64,000 nt of DNA, taken from positions 5,889 through 69,888 of the forward strand of contig CANMTR010000013.1 in assembly GCA_947500825.1 (NCBI GenBank). Direction: 5' to 3'. A program made the position numbers and the translations under genes. Under the pieces are notes generated by a model. It was not told where the DNA came from. It saw only the letters and a program-made list of their open reading frames with translations, and made no database searches. Below are positions 53,860 through 63,012 of this stretch, in pieces. This stretch comes from an uncultured Rhodobacteraceae bacterium. GTDB taxonomy: Bacteria; Pseudomonadota; Alphaproteobacteria; Rhodobacterales; Rhodobacteraceae. The first letter of the stretch is position 1; every line of letters starts with the position of its first letter.

Positions 53860-54939
53860 ATGCCCCCCCTGATCCCCGCCACCCTCCTGATGCTGGCCCC
53901 GCTGGCCGCGCAGGCGCAAGACACGCTCAACTTCTACAACTGGTCGGACTACATTGCCGACGGCACCCTGCCCGGCTTCGAGGAGGCGGCCGGGATCGAG
54001 GTGAACTACGACGTGTTCGATTCCAACGAGGTGGTCGAGGCGCGGATGCTGACGGGCAACACCGGCTACGACCTGGTGGTGCCCTCGCTCGAGTTCATGG
54101 CGCGGCAGGCCCAGGCGGGGGTGTTCCAGCCGATCGACAAGAGCCGGATCTCCACCTACGGCAACCTCGACCCCGAGATCCTGCGCATCGTGTCGGGCAA
54201 CGACGCGGGCAACACCTACGGTGTGCCGTACATGATGTATTCCATCGGGCCGGGCTACAACGTGGAGATGGTGTCCGAGCGGCTGCCCGACGCGAACACG
54301 GACAGCTGGTCGCTGGTCTTCGACCCCGCCAACGCCGAGGCGCTGGCCGATTGCGGCATCGCGCTGCTGGACTCGCCCTCGGAGATCACGGCCGCGGCGC
54401 TGAACTACCTGGAGCTCGACCCGACCTCGGAGGACGCGGGCGATCTGGAGCAGGCGATGGAGCTGCTGGAAGGTATCCGGCCGCACATCCGCTACTTCCA
54501 TTCCTCGCAATACATCAACGACCTGGCCAATGGCGACATCTGCCTCGCCGTGGGCTATTCGGGCGACATCCTGCAGGCCAAGGAGCGCGCGGCCGAGGCC
54601 GGACAGGGCGTCGACATCCGCTACGTCATCCCCGAGGAGGGAGCGCAGCTCGGCTTCGACATGATGGTGATCCCCGCCGACGCGCCCAACCCCGGTGCCG
54701 CGCATGCCTTCATAGAATACTTCCTGCAGCCCGAGGTGACCGCCGCGATCTCCGACGCGGTGTTCTACGCCAATGCCAACAAGGCCGCCACGCCGCTCGT
54801 CTCGGCCGAGGTCAGGGATGATCCCGGCATCTACCCGCCCGAGGCGACCCTGTCCCGGATGTACTCGGCCGAGCCTCACTCGGCCCGCTACGACCGGGCG
54901 CTGACCCGCGCCTGGACCACGCTCAAGACCGGGCGCTGA
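53860..54939 (+). CDS. potF: Putrescine/spermidine ABC transporter substrate-binding protein
   Basis: 359 aa with a signal peptide. LNFYNWSDYI is a PotD/PotF hallmark. Confidence 0.88.
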   Translation: MPPLIPATLLMLAPLAAQAQDTLNFYNWSDYIADGTLPGFEEAAGIEVNYDVFDSNEVVEARMLTGNTGYDLVVPSLEFMARQAQAGVFQPIDKSRISTYGNLDPEILRIVSGNDAGNTYGVPYMMYSIGPGYNVEMVSERLPDANTDSWSLVFDPANAEALADCGIALLDSPSEITAAALNYLELDPTSEDAGDLEQAMELLEGIRPHIRYFHSSQYINDLANGDICLAVGYSGDILQAKERAAEAGQGVDIRYVIPEEGAQLGFDMMVIPADAPNPGAAHAFIEYFLQPEVTAAISDAVFYANANKAATPLVSAEVRDDPGIYPPEATLSRMYSAEPHSARYDRALTRAWTTLKTGR

Positions 54940-54947
54940 GGCACGCC

Positions 54948-56036
54948 ATGTCCGAGGCCCCCTTCGTGCGCATCGAGGGCCTGACCCGGCGCTACGGCGC
55001 GGTGCGGGCGGTGGAGGACGTGAGCCTCGACATCGCCCGCGGCGAGCTGTTCTGCCTACTGGGGGGGTCGGGCTGCGGCAAGTCCACCCTGCTGCGGATG
55101 CTCGCGGGCTTCGAGACGCCGACGGCGGGGCGGGTGGTGATCGACGGGCGCGACATGGCGGGCGTGGCGCCGCATGCGCGCGACACCAACATGATGTTCC
55201 AGTCCTACGCCCTGTTCCCCCACATGAGCGTCGCGCGCAACGTGGGCTACGGCCTGCGGCGCGCGGGGCTGTCGCGACACGATACCGCGGCTCGCGTGGA
55301 CGAGATGCTGGACCTGGTGCAGATGGCCCCCCTCGCGCGCCGCAAGCCCGACCAGCTCTCCGGCGGGCAGCGCCAGCGGGTGGCGCTCGCCCGCGCGCTG
55401 GCGCGGCGCCCGAAGCTTCTGCTCCTCGACGAGCCGCTGGGCGCGCTCGACCGCAAACTCAGGGAAGAGACCCAGCTCGAGCTGAAGAAGATCCAGTCCA
55501 GCACCGGCGTCACCTTCGTCGTGGTCACCCACGACCAGGAGGAGGCGATGATCCTGGGCGACCGCCTGGGCGTCATGCGCGACGGGCGGATCGAGCAGGT
55601 GGGCACGCCGGTGGAGGTCTACGAGCATCCCCGCTCGCGGTTCGTGGCCGGGTTCATCGGCACCGCGAACCTCCTGGACGGCACCATCGCCGAGGACGCC
55701 CGCGACCACGCCCGTATCGCCTGCCCGGAAGCGGGCCTCGACATCCACGTGGGCCACACGGTGGCGGGCGCGAAGGGCGAGGCCGTGTGCGTGGTCCTGC
55801 GCCCAGAGAAGATCGCCCTGGGGGCACAGGCCGAGGGCTTGCCCAACCGCGTCGAGGGACGGGTGGAGCAGGTCGTCTACAACGGCAACCTGTCCATGTT
55901 CCACGTCAGCCTTCCCTCGGGCACGCGCCTGCGCGCGGCCCGCGCCAACACCGTGCGCGGGGTGGACGCGCCCGGCCCGGGCGAGGCGGTGACGCTGGGC
56001 TGGCCCGGCTCGGCGGCGGTGGTGCTGCCCGCATGA
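54948..56036 (+). CDS. potG: Polyamine ABC transporter ATPase
   Basis: Walker A GGSGCGKST, signature LSGGQRQR, Walker B LLLLDEP, and a TOBE-like C-terminus. Confidence 0.9.
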   Translation: MSEAPFVRIEGLTRRYGAVRAVEDVSLDIARGELFCLLGGSGCGKSTLLRMLAGFETPTAGRVVIDGRDMAGVAPHARDTNMMFQSYALFPHMSVARNVGYGLRRAGLSRHDTAARVDEMLDLVQMAPLARRKPDQLSGGQRQRVALARALARRPKLLLLDEPLGALDRKLREETQLELKKIQSSTGVTFVVVTHDQEEAMILGDRLGVMRDGRIEQVGTPVEVYEHPRSRFVAGFIGTANLLDGTIAEDARDHARIACPEAGLDIHVGHTVAGAKGEAVCVVLRPEKIALGAQAEGLPNRVEGRVEQVVYNGNLSMFHVSLPSGTRLRAARANTVRGVDAPGPGEAVTLGWPGSAAVVLPA

Positions 56037-56893
56037 GGCGGCTCGTGGCCCTCGCCCCCCTCCTGTGGCTGGGCCTGTTCTTCCTCGCGCCCTTCGCGGT
56101 GCTGCTGAAGATCTCCCTGTCGGAGCCCGCCATCGCGCAGCCCCCCTACCTGCCGCTGGCGGAGTGGGCCGACGGGATCGCGACGGTCACGCTCAACCTG
56201 GGCAACTACATCTTCCTGGGCGAGGACCCGCTCTACCTGCTGTCCTACCTCAGCTCGGCGCGCATCGCGGCGGTCTCGACGCTGATCACGCTCCTGATCG
56301 GCTATCCCATGGCCTACGTCATCGCCCGTGCGCGGCCCGGACGGCAGGGCGTGCTGCTGATGCTGGTGATCCTGCCGTTCTGGACCTCGTTCCTGCTGCG
56401 CGTCTATGCGTGGATCGGCATCCTCAAGGGCAACGGCATCCTCAACAACCTGCTGCTGTGGCTGGGCCTGATCGACGCGCCCCTGGTGTTGATCCAGACC
56501 GAGCTCGCGGTGCATCTGGGCATCGTCTACACGTACCTGCCGTTCATGATCCTGCCGCTCTACGCCTCGCTGTCGCGGCTCGACGGCGCGCTGCTGGAAG
56601 CCGCGGCCGACCTCGGCGCGCGGCCCCTGACCACCTTCGCCACGGTCACCCTGCCCCTGTCGCGCCCGGGCATCGTCGCGGGCTCGATGCTCGTCTTCAT
56701 CCCGGCGGTGGGCGAATACGTCATCCCCGCGCTCCTGGGCGGACCGGACACGCTGATGATCGGCTCGGTCCTGTGGAACGAGTTCTTCCTCAACCGCGAC
56801 TGGCCGGTGGCCTCGGCGGTGGCCATCGTCATGGTGGTGGTGCTGGCGCTGCCCATCGCGGTCCTGCGGCGCGCCCAGGGCGGTGACGCATGA
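56033..56893 (+). CDS. potH: Polyamine ABC transporter permease
   Basis: Starts at an ATGA overlap with the upstream stop. MRRLVALAPLLWLGLFFLAPF... with EAAADLGARP in the EAA loop. Confidence 0.88.
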   Translation: MRRLVALAPLLWLGLFFLAPFAVLLKISLSEPAIAQPPYLPLAEWADGIATVTLNLGNYIFLGEDPLYLLSYLSSARIAAVSTLITLLIGYPMAYVIARARPGRQGVLLMLVILPFWTSFLLRVYAWIGILKGNGILNNLLLWLGLIDAPLVLIQTELAVHLGIVYTYLPFMILPLYASLSRLDGALLEAAADLGARPLTTFATVTLPLSRPGIVAGSMLVFIPAVGEYVIPALLGGPDTLMIGSVLWNEFFLNRDWPVASAVAIVMVVVLALPIAVLRRAQGGDA

Positions 56894-57669
56894 TCCGCCT
56901 CGCGGCCACCCTGGGCTTCGCGTTTCTCTACGCGCCCATCCTGAGCCTGGTGGTCTATTCCTTCAACGAAAGCCGTCTCGTCACCGTCTGGGGCGGTTTC
57001 TCGACCCGCTGGTACGGCGCGCTCCTGGCCGACGAGCAGATCCTCGACGCCGCCCTGATCAGCCTGCAGGTGGCGGTCGCCTCGGCCACCATCGCCACGG
57101 TGATCGGCACCCTCGCCTCGCTGGCCCTGGCCCGCCACGGGCGGTTCCGGGGCCGGTTCCTGCTGGGGGGCATGGTCACCGCGCCGCTCGTCATGCCCGA
57201 GGTGGTGGTGGGCCTGTCCCTACTGTTGCTGTTCGTGGCGATGGAGCAGGCGGTGGGCTGGCCCGCGGGGCGCGGCTTCGTAACCATCGTCATCGCCCAC
57301 GCCACCTTCGGCGCGGCCTTCGCGGCGGTGGTGATCCAGGCCCGGATCGGCGCGCTCGACCGCGCGACCGAGGAGGCGGCGGCGGACCTGGGCGCGGGGC
57401 CGGTGCGCGTGTTCCTCGACGTGACCCTGCCCGGCCTCGCACCGGCCCTCGTCTCCGCCTGGCTCCTGGCCTTCACCCTGTCGCTCGACGACGTGGTGAT
57501 CGCGAGCTTCGTCACCGGGCCGGGCGCCTCCACCTTGCCCATGGTCATCTTTTCCAAGGTGCGCCTGGGCGTGTCGCCGGAGGTCAACGCCCTGGCCACG
57601 CTGGTGATCGCCGTCGTGTCGCTGGCGACCGGCCTCGCCGCGTGGCAAACCATGCGAACGCGGCGATGA
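56890..57669 (+). CDS. potI: Polyamine ABC transporter permease
   Basis: Starts at an ATGA overlap with the upstream stop. 259 aa with EAAADLGAGP in the EAA loop. Confidence 0.88.
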   Translation: MIRLAATLGFAFLYAPILSLVVYSFNESRLVTVWGGFSTRWYGALLADEQILDAALISLQVAVASATIATVIGTLASLALARHGRFRGRFLLGGMVTAPLVMPEVVVGLSLLLLFVAMEQAVGWPAGRGFVTIVIAHATFGAAFAAVVIQARIGALDRATEEAAADLGAGPVRVFLDVTLPGLAPALVSAWLLAFTLSLDDVVIASFVTGPGASTLPMVIFSKVRLGVSPEVNALATLVIAVVSLATGLAAWQTMRTRR

Positions 57670-57832
57670 CATCCCGCCGCGAGGCGCGGCCTCGGCAGTC
57701 CGCCGCGGGGGCGCGGCCTCGGCATTCCGCCGCGAGGGCGCGGCAATGAGATCCCGCCGCGGCGGCGCGGCGATGAGATCCCGCCGCGGCGGCGCGGCGA
57801 TGAGATCCCGCCGCGGCGGCGCGGCGATGAGC
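57657..57832. repeat. Tandem array of about 6.5 copies of a 27-bp unit beginning inside the potI stop region
   Basis: Units start at 57657, 57684, 57711, 57738, 57765, 57792 and 57819 (the last partial). The last three full units read GCGCGGC[A/G]ATGAGATCCCGCCGCGGCG, and two of them are identical. Units 2-3 are a variant, GCGCGGCCTCGGCA[G/T]TCCGCCGCG[G/A]GG. Each junction creates the 12-nt palindrome CCGCCGCGGCGG. Confidence 0.9.
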
Positions 57833-57897
57833 CCCCGTTGCGCGGGCCGGGCGTTGGGCGCATAACGGCCGGGCAATCCCGACCTTATCTCTCGGCA

Positions 57898-59409
57898 ATG
57901 CCCATGCCCCGCCTCCTGCCGCTCCTCCTGCCCGCCGCGCTTCTCTGCGCGGGCGCCTGGGCCGCGGGTGCGGGCCGCCCCGACCTGAGCGAAGAGGACC
58001 GCGCCCGCGTCGCCACCGTGACGGCGCCCGCCGCGCAGTTCGACGCGCCGGAGAAGTTCGAGACGATGCAGGGCGGCGCGGGGACCGCCACCGGGGCCGC
58101 GAACCGCGACGCCTTCTCCCACCCCGCCGCCAACCTCACCTTCGCCCAGGAGGAGACGTTCAAGCTCGGCAACGCGCTTTTTCGCAAGCAATGGGTCGCG
58201 GCGCCCGCCTCCACCCGCGCCTCAGACGGGCTTGGGCCGCTGTTCAACGCGCGGGCCTGCCAGAACTGCCACCTGAAGGACGGGCGTGGCCATCCCCCCG
58301 CCGCGGGCGAGCCGGCGGTGTCGATGCTCCTGCGCCTCGCCCGGCCGCCCGCGACGGCGGACGAGGCCCGGCGCATCCGCTCCTTCCTCGCCCCCGCGAT
58401 TCCCGACGACACCTATGGCGGCCAGCTCCAGACGGCCGCCGTGCCGGGCCTCGCCCCCGAAGGGGACGTGGCCATTACCCACGAGACGATCACCCGCACC
58501 CTGGGCGACGGGACCGAGGTCACACTCGAAAAGCCCTCCTACAGCGTGGAAAACCTCGCCTACGGTCCGCTGGACCCCCATGTCACCCTGTCGCCACGTG
58601 TGGCCAACCCGATGATCGGCATGGGGCTGATCCAGGCGATCCACCCCGCCGACCTGATCGCCCTGGCCGACCCGGACGATGCCGACGGCGACGGCATCTC
58701 CGGGCGCATGGCGCTGGCCCGCGGCCATACCGACGCCCGGCCGCGGCCCGGCCGTTTCGGCTGGAAGGCCCAGTCGGGCAGCGTGCGCGAGCAGAGCGCG
58801 GAGGCCTTCGCGGGCGATATCGGCATCTCCTCGCCCGAGATCCCCCTCCCCCAGGGCGACTGCACCGAGGCGCAGGAGGCATGCCTGACCATGCCCGACG
58901 GCGAGCAGGCCGAGCTGGGCCGGGGCGAGGCGCCCGAGCAGGTGATCGACCTCGTCACCTTCTACGCCGAAAACCTCGCCGTGCCCGCGCGACGCGACGT
59001 GGACGACGCGGAGGTCCTGCGCGGCAAGCGGGCCTTCTACGAGGCGGGCTGCGCGTCGTGCCATGCGCCCAAGTTCGTGACCCGCCGCGACGCGGACGAG
59101 CCCGCCCATGCCTTTCAGCTCATATGGCCCTATTCCGACTTCCTGCTGCACGACATGGGACCGGACCTTGCCGACGGGCAGGCGGTTGGCGTGGCGAGCG
59201 GTTCGGAATGGCGCACCCAGCCCCTGTGGGGGATCGGCCTGACCGAAGTCGTCTCCGGCCATACGCGCTTTCTCCACGACGGCCGCGCCCGCACCCTCGA
59301 GGAGGCGATCCTGTGGCACGGGGGCGAGGCCCTGCCCGCCCGCGAACGCTACGCCGACCTGCCCGGGCCCGAGCGCGCCGCCCTGATCCGTTTCCTGGAG
59401 TCCCTATGA
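57898..59409 (+). CDS. Di-haem c-type oxidoreductase (DUF1111 family)
   Basis: Starts at MPMPRLLPLLLPAALLCAGAWA (signal peptide). Two CxxCH motifs (CQNCH, CASCH). Confidence 0.85.
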   Translation: MPMPRLLPLLLPAALLCAGAWAAGAGRPDLSEEDRARVATVTAPAAQFDAPEKFETMQGGAGTATGAANRDAFSHPAANLTFAQEETFKLGNALFRKQWVAAPASTRASDGLGPLFNARACQNCHLKDGRGHPPAAGEPAVSMLLRLARPPATADEARRIRSFLAPAIPDDTYGGQLQTAAVPGLAPEGDVAITHETITRTLGDGTEVTLEKPSYSVENLAYGPLDPHVTLSPRVANPMIGMGLIQAIHPADLIALADPDDADGDGISGRMALARGHTDARPRPGRFGWKAQSGSVREQSAEAFAGDIGISSPEIPLPQGDCTEAQEACLTMPDGEQAELGRGEAPEQVIDLVTFYAENLAVPARRDVDDAEVLRGKRAFYEAGCASCHAPKFVTRRDADEPAHAFQLIWPYSDFLLHDMGPDLADGQAVGVASGSEWRTQPLWGIGLTEVVSGHTRFLHDGRARTLEEAILWHGGEALPARERYADLPGPERAALIRFLESL

Positions 59410-60470
59410 GAACCCTGCTGGCCCTCGCCCTCTGCGCCGCGCTGCCCGCCCATGCCCAGTCGCCCGAACCGCAAGCCACCCGCGCCGCGCTCGGCGCCGC
59501 CGCCGACACCATCGCGCGAGGCTACGACGCCTTCGCCGAAGCGGCGGACGGCCTCGTCTCGGCGACCGACAGGCTCTGCGGCGCGCCCGGCCCCGAAACG
59601 CTCGCCGAGGCGCGGGACGCCTTCGCCGGAGCGGTCCGCGCCTGGTCGCGGATCGAGACGGTGCGCTTCGGCCCCGTCCTGTCGGACAACGCGGCCGAGC
59701 GGATCTTCTTCTTCCCCGACCGGCGCGGCATCGGGCTGCGCCAGGTCCAGGCGGCGCTGGCGAGCGCGGACGAGGGCGTGACCGACCCCGCGACGCTGGC
59801 GACGCGCAGCGTCGCGCTCCAGGGGCTGGGGACGGCCGAATACCTCCTCCACGGCACCGGGGCGGAGGCACTGGAGGAGGCGGGCAACGCCCATCGCTGC
59901 GCCTTCGCCGGCGCCGTCGCGGACCGGGTCGCGGCCACGGGCGGCGAGGTCGCCGAGGCCTGGGCCGCCCCGGACGGCATCGCGCAGCGCTTCGCCGCGC
60001 CCGAGCCCGCCTACCCGGACTTCCAGAGCCGGGACGACTCGCTGCGCGCCCTGATCGGCGTCTTCACCAACGGGATCGAAGGCGTACGCGACGCCCGCCT
60101 CGCCCCCTACGCCGCCCAGGGCGCCGACACGGCCATGCCCCAAGGCGCGGCCTGGACCCGCTCGGGCCTGACCGCCGACGCGCTGGCCGCCAATGTCGAG
60201 GGGCTGGAGCGGCTCTTCGCGGGGGCGGAGATCGACACCCTGAACGCCGAGGCCCGGGGGCCGCTCTGGGACGAGATCGCCTTCGAGTTCGACAATCTCG
60301 GCACCCTCCTCGCAGCACTCGCCGCCGATCCGGCGCCGCCTGCCGACGAGCGCGACGACATCGCCACCGCCGCGTCCTTCTCCATGGCGACCCTGCGCGC
60401 CACGTTCGGTGGCCGCATGGCCCCCGCCCTGGGGCAGACGGCGGCCTTCTCCGTGTCGGACGGCGACTGA
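59406..60470 (+). CDS. Imelysin-like (peptidase M75 fold) periplasmic protein
   Basis: Starts at an ATGA overlap with the upstream stop. Signal peptide MRTLLALALCAALPAHAQ. Helical imelysin-like sequence lacking an obvious HxxE. Confidence 0.7.
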   Translation: MRTLLALALCAALPAHAQSPEPQATRAALGAAADTIARGYDAFAEAADGLVSATDRLCGAPGPETLAEARDAFAGAVRAWSRIETVRFGPVLSDNAAERIFFFPDRRGIGLRQVQAALASADEGVTDPATLATRSVALQGLGTAEYLLHGTGAEALEEAGNAHRCAFAGAVADRVAATGGEVAEAWAAPDGIAQRFAAPEPAYPDFQSRDDSLRALIGVFTNGIEGVRDARLAPYAAQGADTAMPQGAAWTRSGLTADALAANVEGLERLFAGAEIDTLNAEARGPLWDEIAFEFDNLGTLLAALAADPAPPADERDDIATAASFSMATLRATFGGRMAPALGQTAAFSVSDGD

Positions 60471-61528
60471 TGCCGCTGATCGGACGCCGCACGCTGTTGC
60501 GCTCCTTCGGCGCCGGGCTTGCCCTCGCGCCGTTCCGCGCCGCCGCGGCGGAAGGCCCCCTCTTCGCCACCGCCTTCGTCGCGGGGGCGTCCCACGGCAT
60601 CGCCATCCTCGACCGCGACGGGAAGGTCCTGCGCCGCCTGCCCCTGCCCGGGCGCGGCCACGACGTCTGCCAGGGGCGGGGCTGGCTCGTGGCCTTCGCC
60701 CGCCGTCCCGGCGCCTTCGCCCTGGCCATCGACCCCGCCGGCACCCGCGAGCCGGTCGCCTTTTCGGCCCCTCCGGGGCGGCACTTCTACGGCCACGGGG
60801 TATTCACGCCCGAGGGCCTCCTCGCCGCGACGGAGAACGACTACGAGGCCGCGCGCGGCGCGCTCGGCCTCTACGATCCGTCCGACGGGTTCGCGCGGGT
60901 GGGCGAATGGTCCACCCACGGGATCGGGCCCCACGACCTGGCGCTGATGCCAGGCGGGCGGCGGCTGGTGGTGGCCAACGGCGGCATGGACACCCATCCC
61001 GATTACGGCCGCGAGGTGCTGAACCTCGCTACGATGGAGCCCTCGGTGGTGTTCCTCGACGCCGCCGACGGCGCGCTGCTCGAGCGTCACGTCCTGCCGC
61101 CCGCCTGGTCGCGTCAGTCGACCCGCCACATGGACCTGCTCCCCGACGGCTCGGTCTTCGTCGGGTGCCAATGGCAGGGCGCGGCGGCCGCGTGCCCGCC
61201 GCTCCTCCTGCGCTTTCGCCTGGGCGAGGGGCACGCGGCCCTGCCCCTGGGCGACGCGGAGCGCGCTTTCGCGGGCTATGTGGGATCGGTCGCCGCGAAC
61301 CCCGCCCGGGGCACGGTCGCGCTCACCTCGCCCCACGGCGACGTGGCGGCGGTGGTGGACGGGGCCAGCGGCGAGCTGCTGCATTTCGAGACCCAGACCG
61401 ATGTCTGCGGCGTGGCCGCGGACGGCGCGGGCTTCGTGCGGTCCACCGGCACCGGCGCCTTCGGGCCCGCGCGGCACGCGGGGCTCGCGTTCGACAACCA
61501 CATCCTGCCGCTTCGCGCGCACGATTGA
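60470..61528 (+). CDS. DUF1513 beta-propeller-like protein with Tat-type signal
   Basis: MPLIGRRTLLRSFGAGLALAPF (twin-arginine), then HGIGPHDLALMPGG..LVVANGG. Its start overlaps the upstream stop. Confidence 0.75.
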   Translation: MPLIGRRTLLRSFGAGLALAPFRAAAAEGPLFATAFVAGASHGIAILDRDGKVLRRLPLPGRGHDVCQGRGWLVAFARRPGAFALAIDPAGTREPVAFSAPPGRHFYGHGVFTPEGLLAATENDYEAARGALGLYDPSDGFARVGEWSTHGIGPHDLALMPGGRRLVVANGGMDTHPDYGREVLNLATMEPSVVFLDAADGALLERHVLPPAWSRQSTRHMDLLPDGSVFVGCQWQGAAAACPPLLLRFRLGEGHAALPLGDAERAFAGYVGSVAANPARGTVALTSPHGDVAAVVDGASGELLHFETQTDVCGVAADGAGFVRSTGTGAFGPARHAGLAFDNHILPLRAHD

Positions 61529-61611
61529 CGGGGTCCGCCCCGCCCGCTACCCATCGGGTAAATCCCGACGTATTTTATCACCCTTTCCGATCCCAGCCGA
61601 AAGGATCCCCC

Positions 61612-62880
61612 ATGTCCCCGCTCCGCCCCGCGCTCCTCGCCGGCATCGCCGCCCTGCCCGCCGTGGCGCAGGAGACCCCGGACAGGGCCGCGATCGTTGC
61701 CGGATACGCCGACCTCGCCCGGGCCGGATACGCGGATTCGTTGGACACGGCGCGCGCGCTGGACACGGCGATCGAGGCGCTCCTGGACGATCCCACCGAC
61801 GCCACGCTCGCCGATGCCCGCGACGCCTGGCGCGCCGCCCGCATCCCCTACCAGCAGACCGAGGCGTTCCGCTTCGGCAACCCGGTGGTCGACGCATGGG
61901 AAGGGCGGGTGAATGCCTGGCCGCTCGACGAGGGGCTGATCGACTATGTCGACGCCTCCTACGGGGGCGGAAGTGACCTCAACACCCTCTATACCGCCAA
62001 CGTCATCGGCGCCGAGGAGATCAATGTCGGCGGCGAGACCGTGGACGTCTCCGAGCTCACGCCCGGATTGCTGCAGGACGGCCTGCAGGAGGCCGGCGGC
62101 GTGGAGGCCAACGTCGCCACGGGCTACCACGCGATCGAGTTCCTGCTCTGGGGCCAGGACCTGAACGGCACAGAGGCCGGCGCGGGCGACCGTCCCGCCA
62201 CCGACTTCGCCGCCGGGGAGGCCTGCACGGGCGGCAACTGCGGGCGCCGGGCGGATTACCTCGCCGCGGCCTCGGACCTGCTCGTGTCGGACCTGGAGGA
62301 GATGACGGCCAACTGGGAGGAGGACGGCGCGGCCCGCGCGGCGCTGACCGAGGCCGAGCCGGCCGCCGGGATCTCCGCCATGCTCACGGGGATGGGCTCG
62401 CTCTCCTACGGAGAGATGGCGGGCGAGCGGATGAAGCTGGGCCTTCTGCTCCACGATCCCGAGGAGGAGCACGACTGCTTCTCCGACAACACCCACGCGT
62501 CGCATTTCTACGACGTGGTCGGCATCCGGAACGTGTATCTGGGCCGCTACGAGGGGCCGACGGGCGACATCACCGAGGGCCCGTCCCTGTCCGGCCTGGT
62601 CGCCGCCACGGACAGCGGCCTCGACGAGGAGATGCGCACCCGCCTGGATGAGACGGTCGCGGCGATGCAGGCGATCGTGGATGCGGCGGAGGACGGCGAG
62701 GCCTACGATCAGCAGATCGCGGCCGGCAACGCCGAGGGCAATGCCCGCGTCCAGGCAGCCATCGACGCGCTGATCTCCCAGACCCGCTCCATCGAGCGCG
62801 TCATCGCCGAACTCGACCTGGGCGGCGTCACGATCCAGGGCTCCGACAGCTTGGAGGAGGCCGGCGCCGTCTTCGAGTAA
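61612..62880 (+). CDS. Imelysin / iron-regulated protein A-like (peptidase M75)
   Basis: 422 aa with a signal peptide. Imelysin motif GYHAIEFLLWGQD (HxxE), plus CTGGNCG and EEEHDCFSDN segments. Confidence 0.8.
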   Translation: MSPLRPALLAGIAALPAVAQETPDRAAIVAGYADLARAGYADSLDTARALDTAIEALLDDPTDATLADARDAWRAARIPYQQTEAFRFGNPVVDAWEGRVNAWPLDEGLIDYVDASYGGGSDLNTLYTANVIGAEEINVGGETVDVSELTPGLLQDGLQEAGGVEANVATGYHAIEFLLWGQDLNGTEAGAGDRPATDFAAGEACTGGNCGRRADYLAAASDLLVSDLEEMTANWEEDGAARAALTEAEPAAGISAMLTGMGSLSYGEMAGERMKLGLLLHDPEEEHDCFSDNTHASHFYDVVGIRNVYLGRYEGPTGDITEGPSLSGLVAATDSGLDEEMRTRLDETVAAMQAIVDAAEDGEAYDQQIAAGNAEGNARVQAAIDALISQTRSIERVIAELDLGGVTIQGSDSLEEAGAVFE

Positions 62881-62901
62881 GCCCGGCCGAGCCGCACGGA
62901 C

Positions 62902-62925
62902 GAAGGGGCGCCGCGGCGCCCCTTC
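62902..62925. terminator. Perfect 24-nt palindrome between convergent genes (bidirectional terminator candidate)
   Basis: GAAGGGGCGCCGCGGCGCCCCTTC is its own reverse complement. It lies 22 nt after the imelysin stop and 88 nt from the convergent gene's stop. Confidence 0.5.
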
Positions 62926-63012
62926 TCATGACGATGCGGGTTTCGGTGCCGCAGCTCCCGCGAAGACGCGGCACGGCTCCGCGACCGGGCCGTCCCGACC
63001 TGTCGGGCGCCC

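Noticed and set aside
52525-54879. 784-aa minus-strand ORF. Similar long antisense ORFs exist at 46450..48996 (+), 44652..46682 (+), 17377..18798 (-), 18390..19802 (-) and 50786..52522 (-).
   Set aside because: All lie opposite well-supported genes (puuB-like/potF, cphA, ATP-grasp, btuF/C-like, GS-like). All have low-complexity R/G/P/H-rich translations and are treated as GC-driven shadow ORFs.
57657-57832. Possible CRISPR array
   Set aside because: The repeats are directly abutting 27-mers with no unique spacers, and no cas genes are in the window. It was classified as a tandem repeat.
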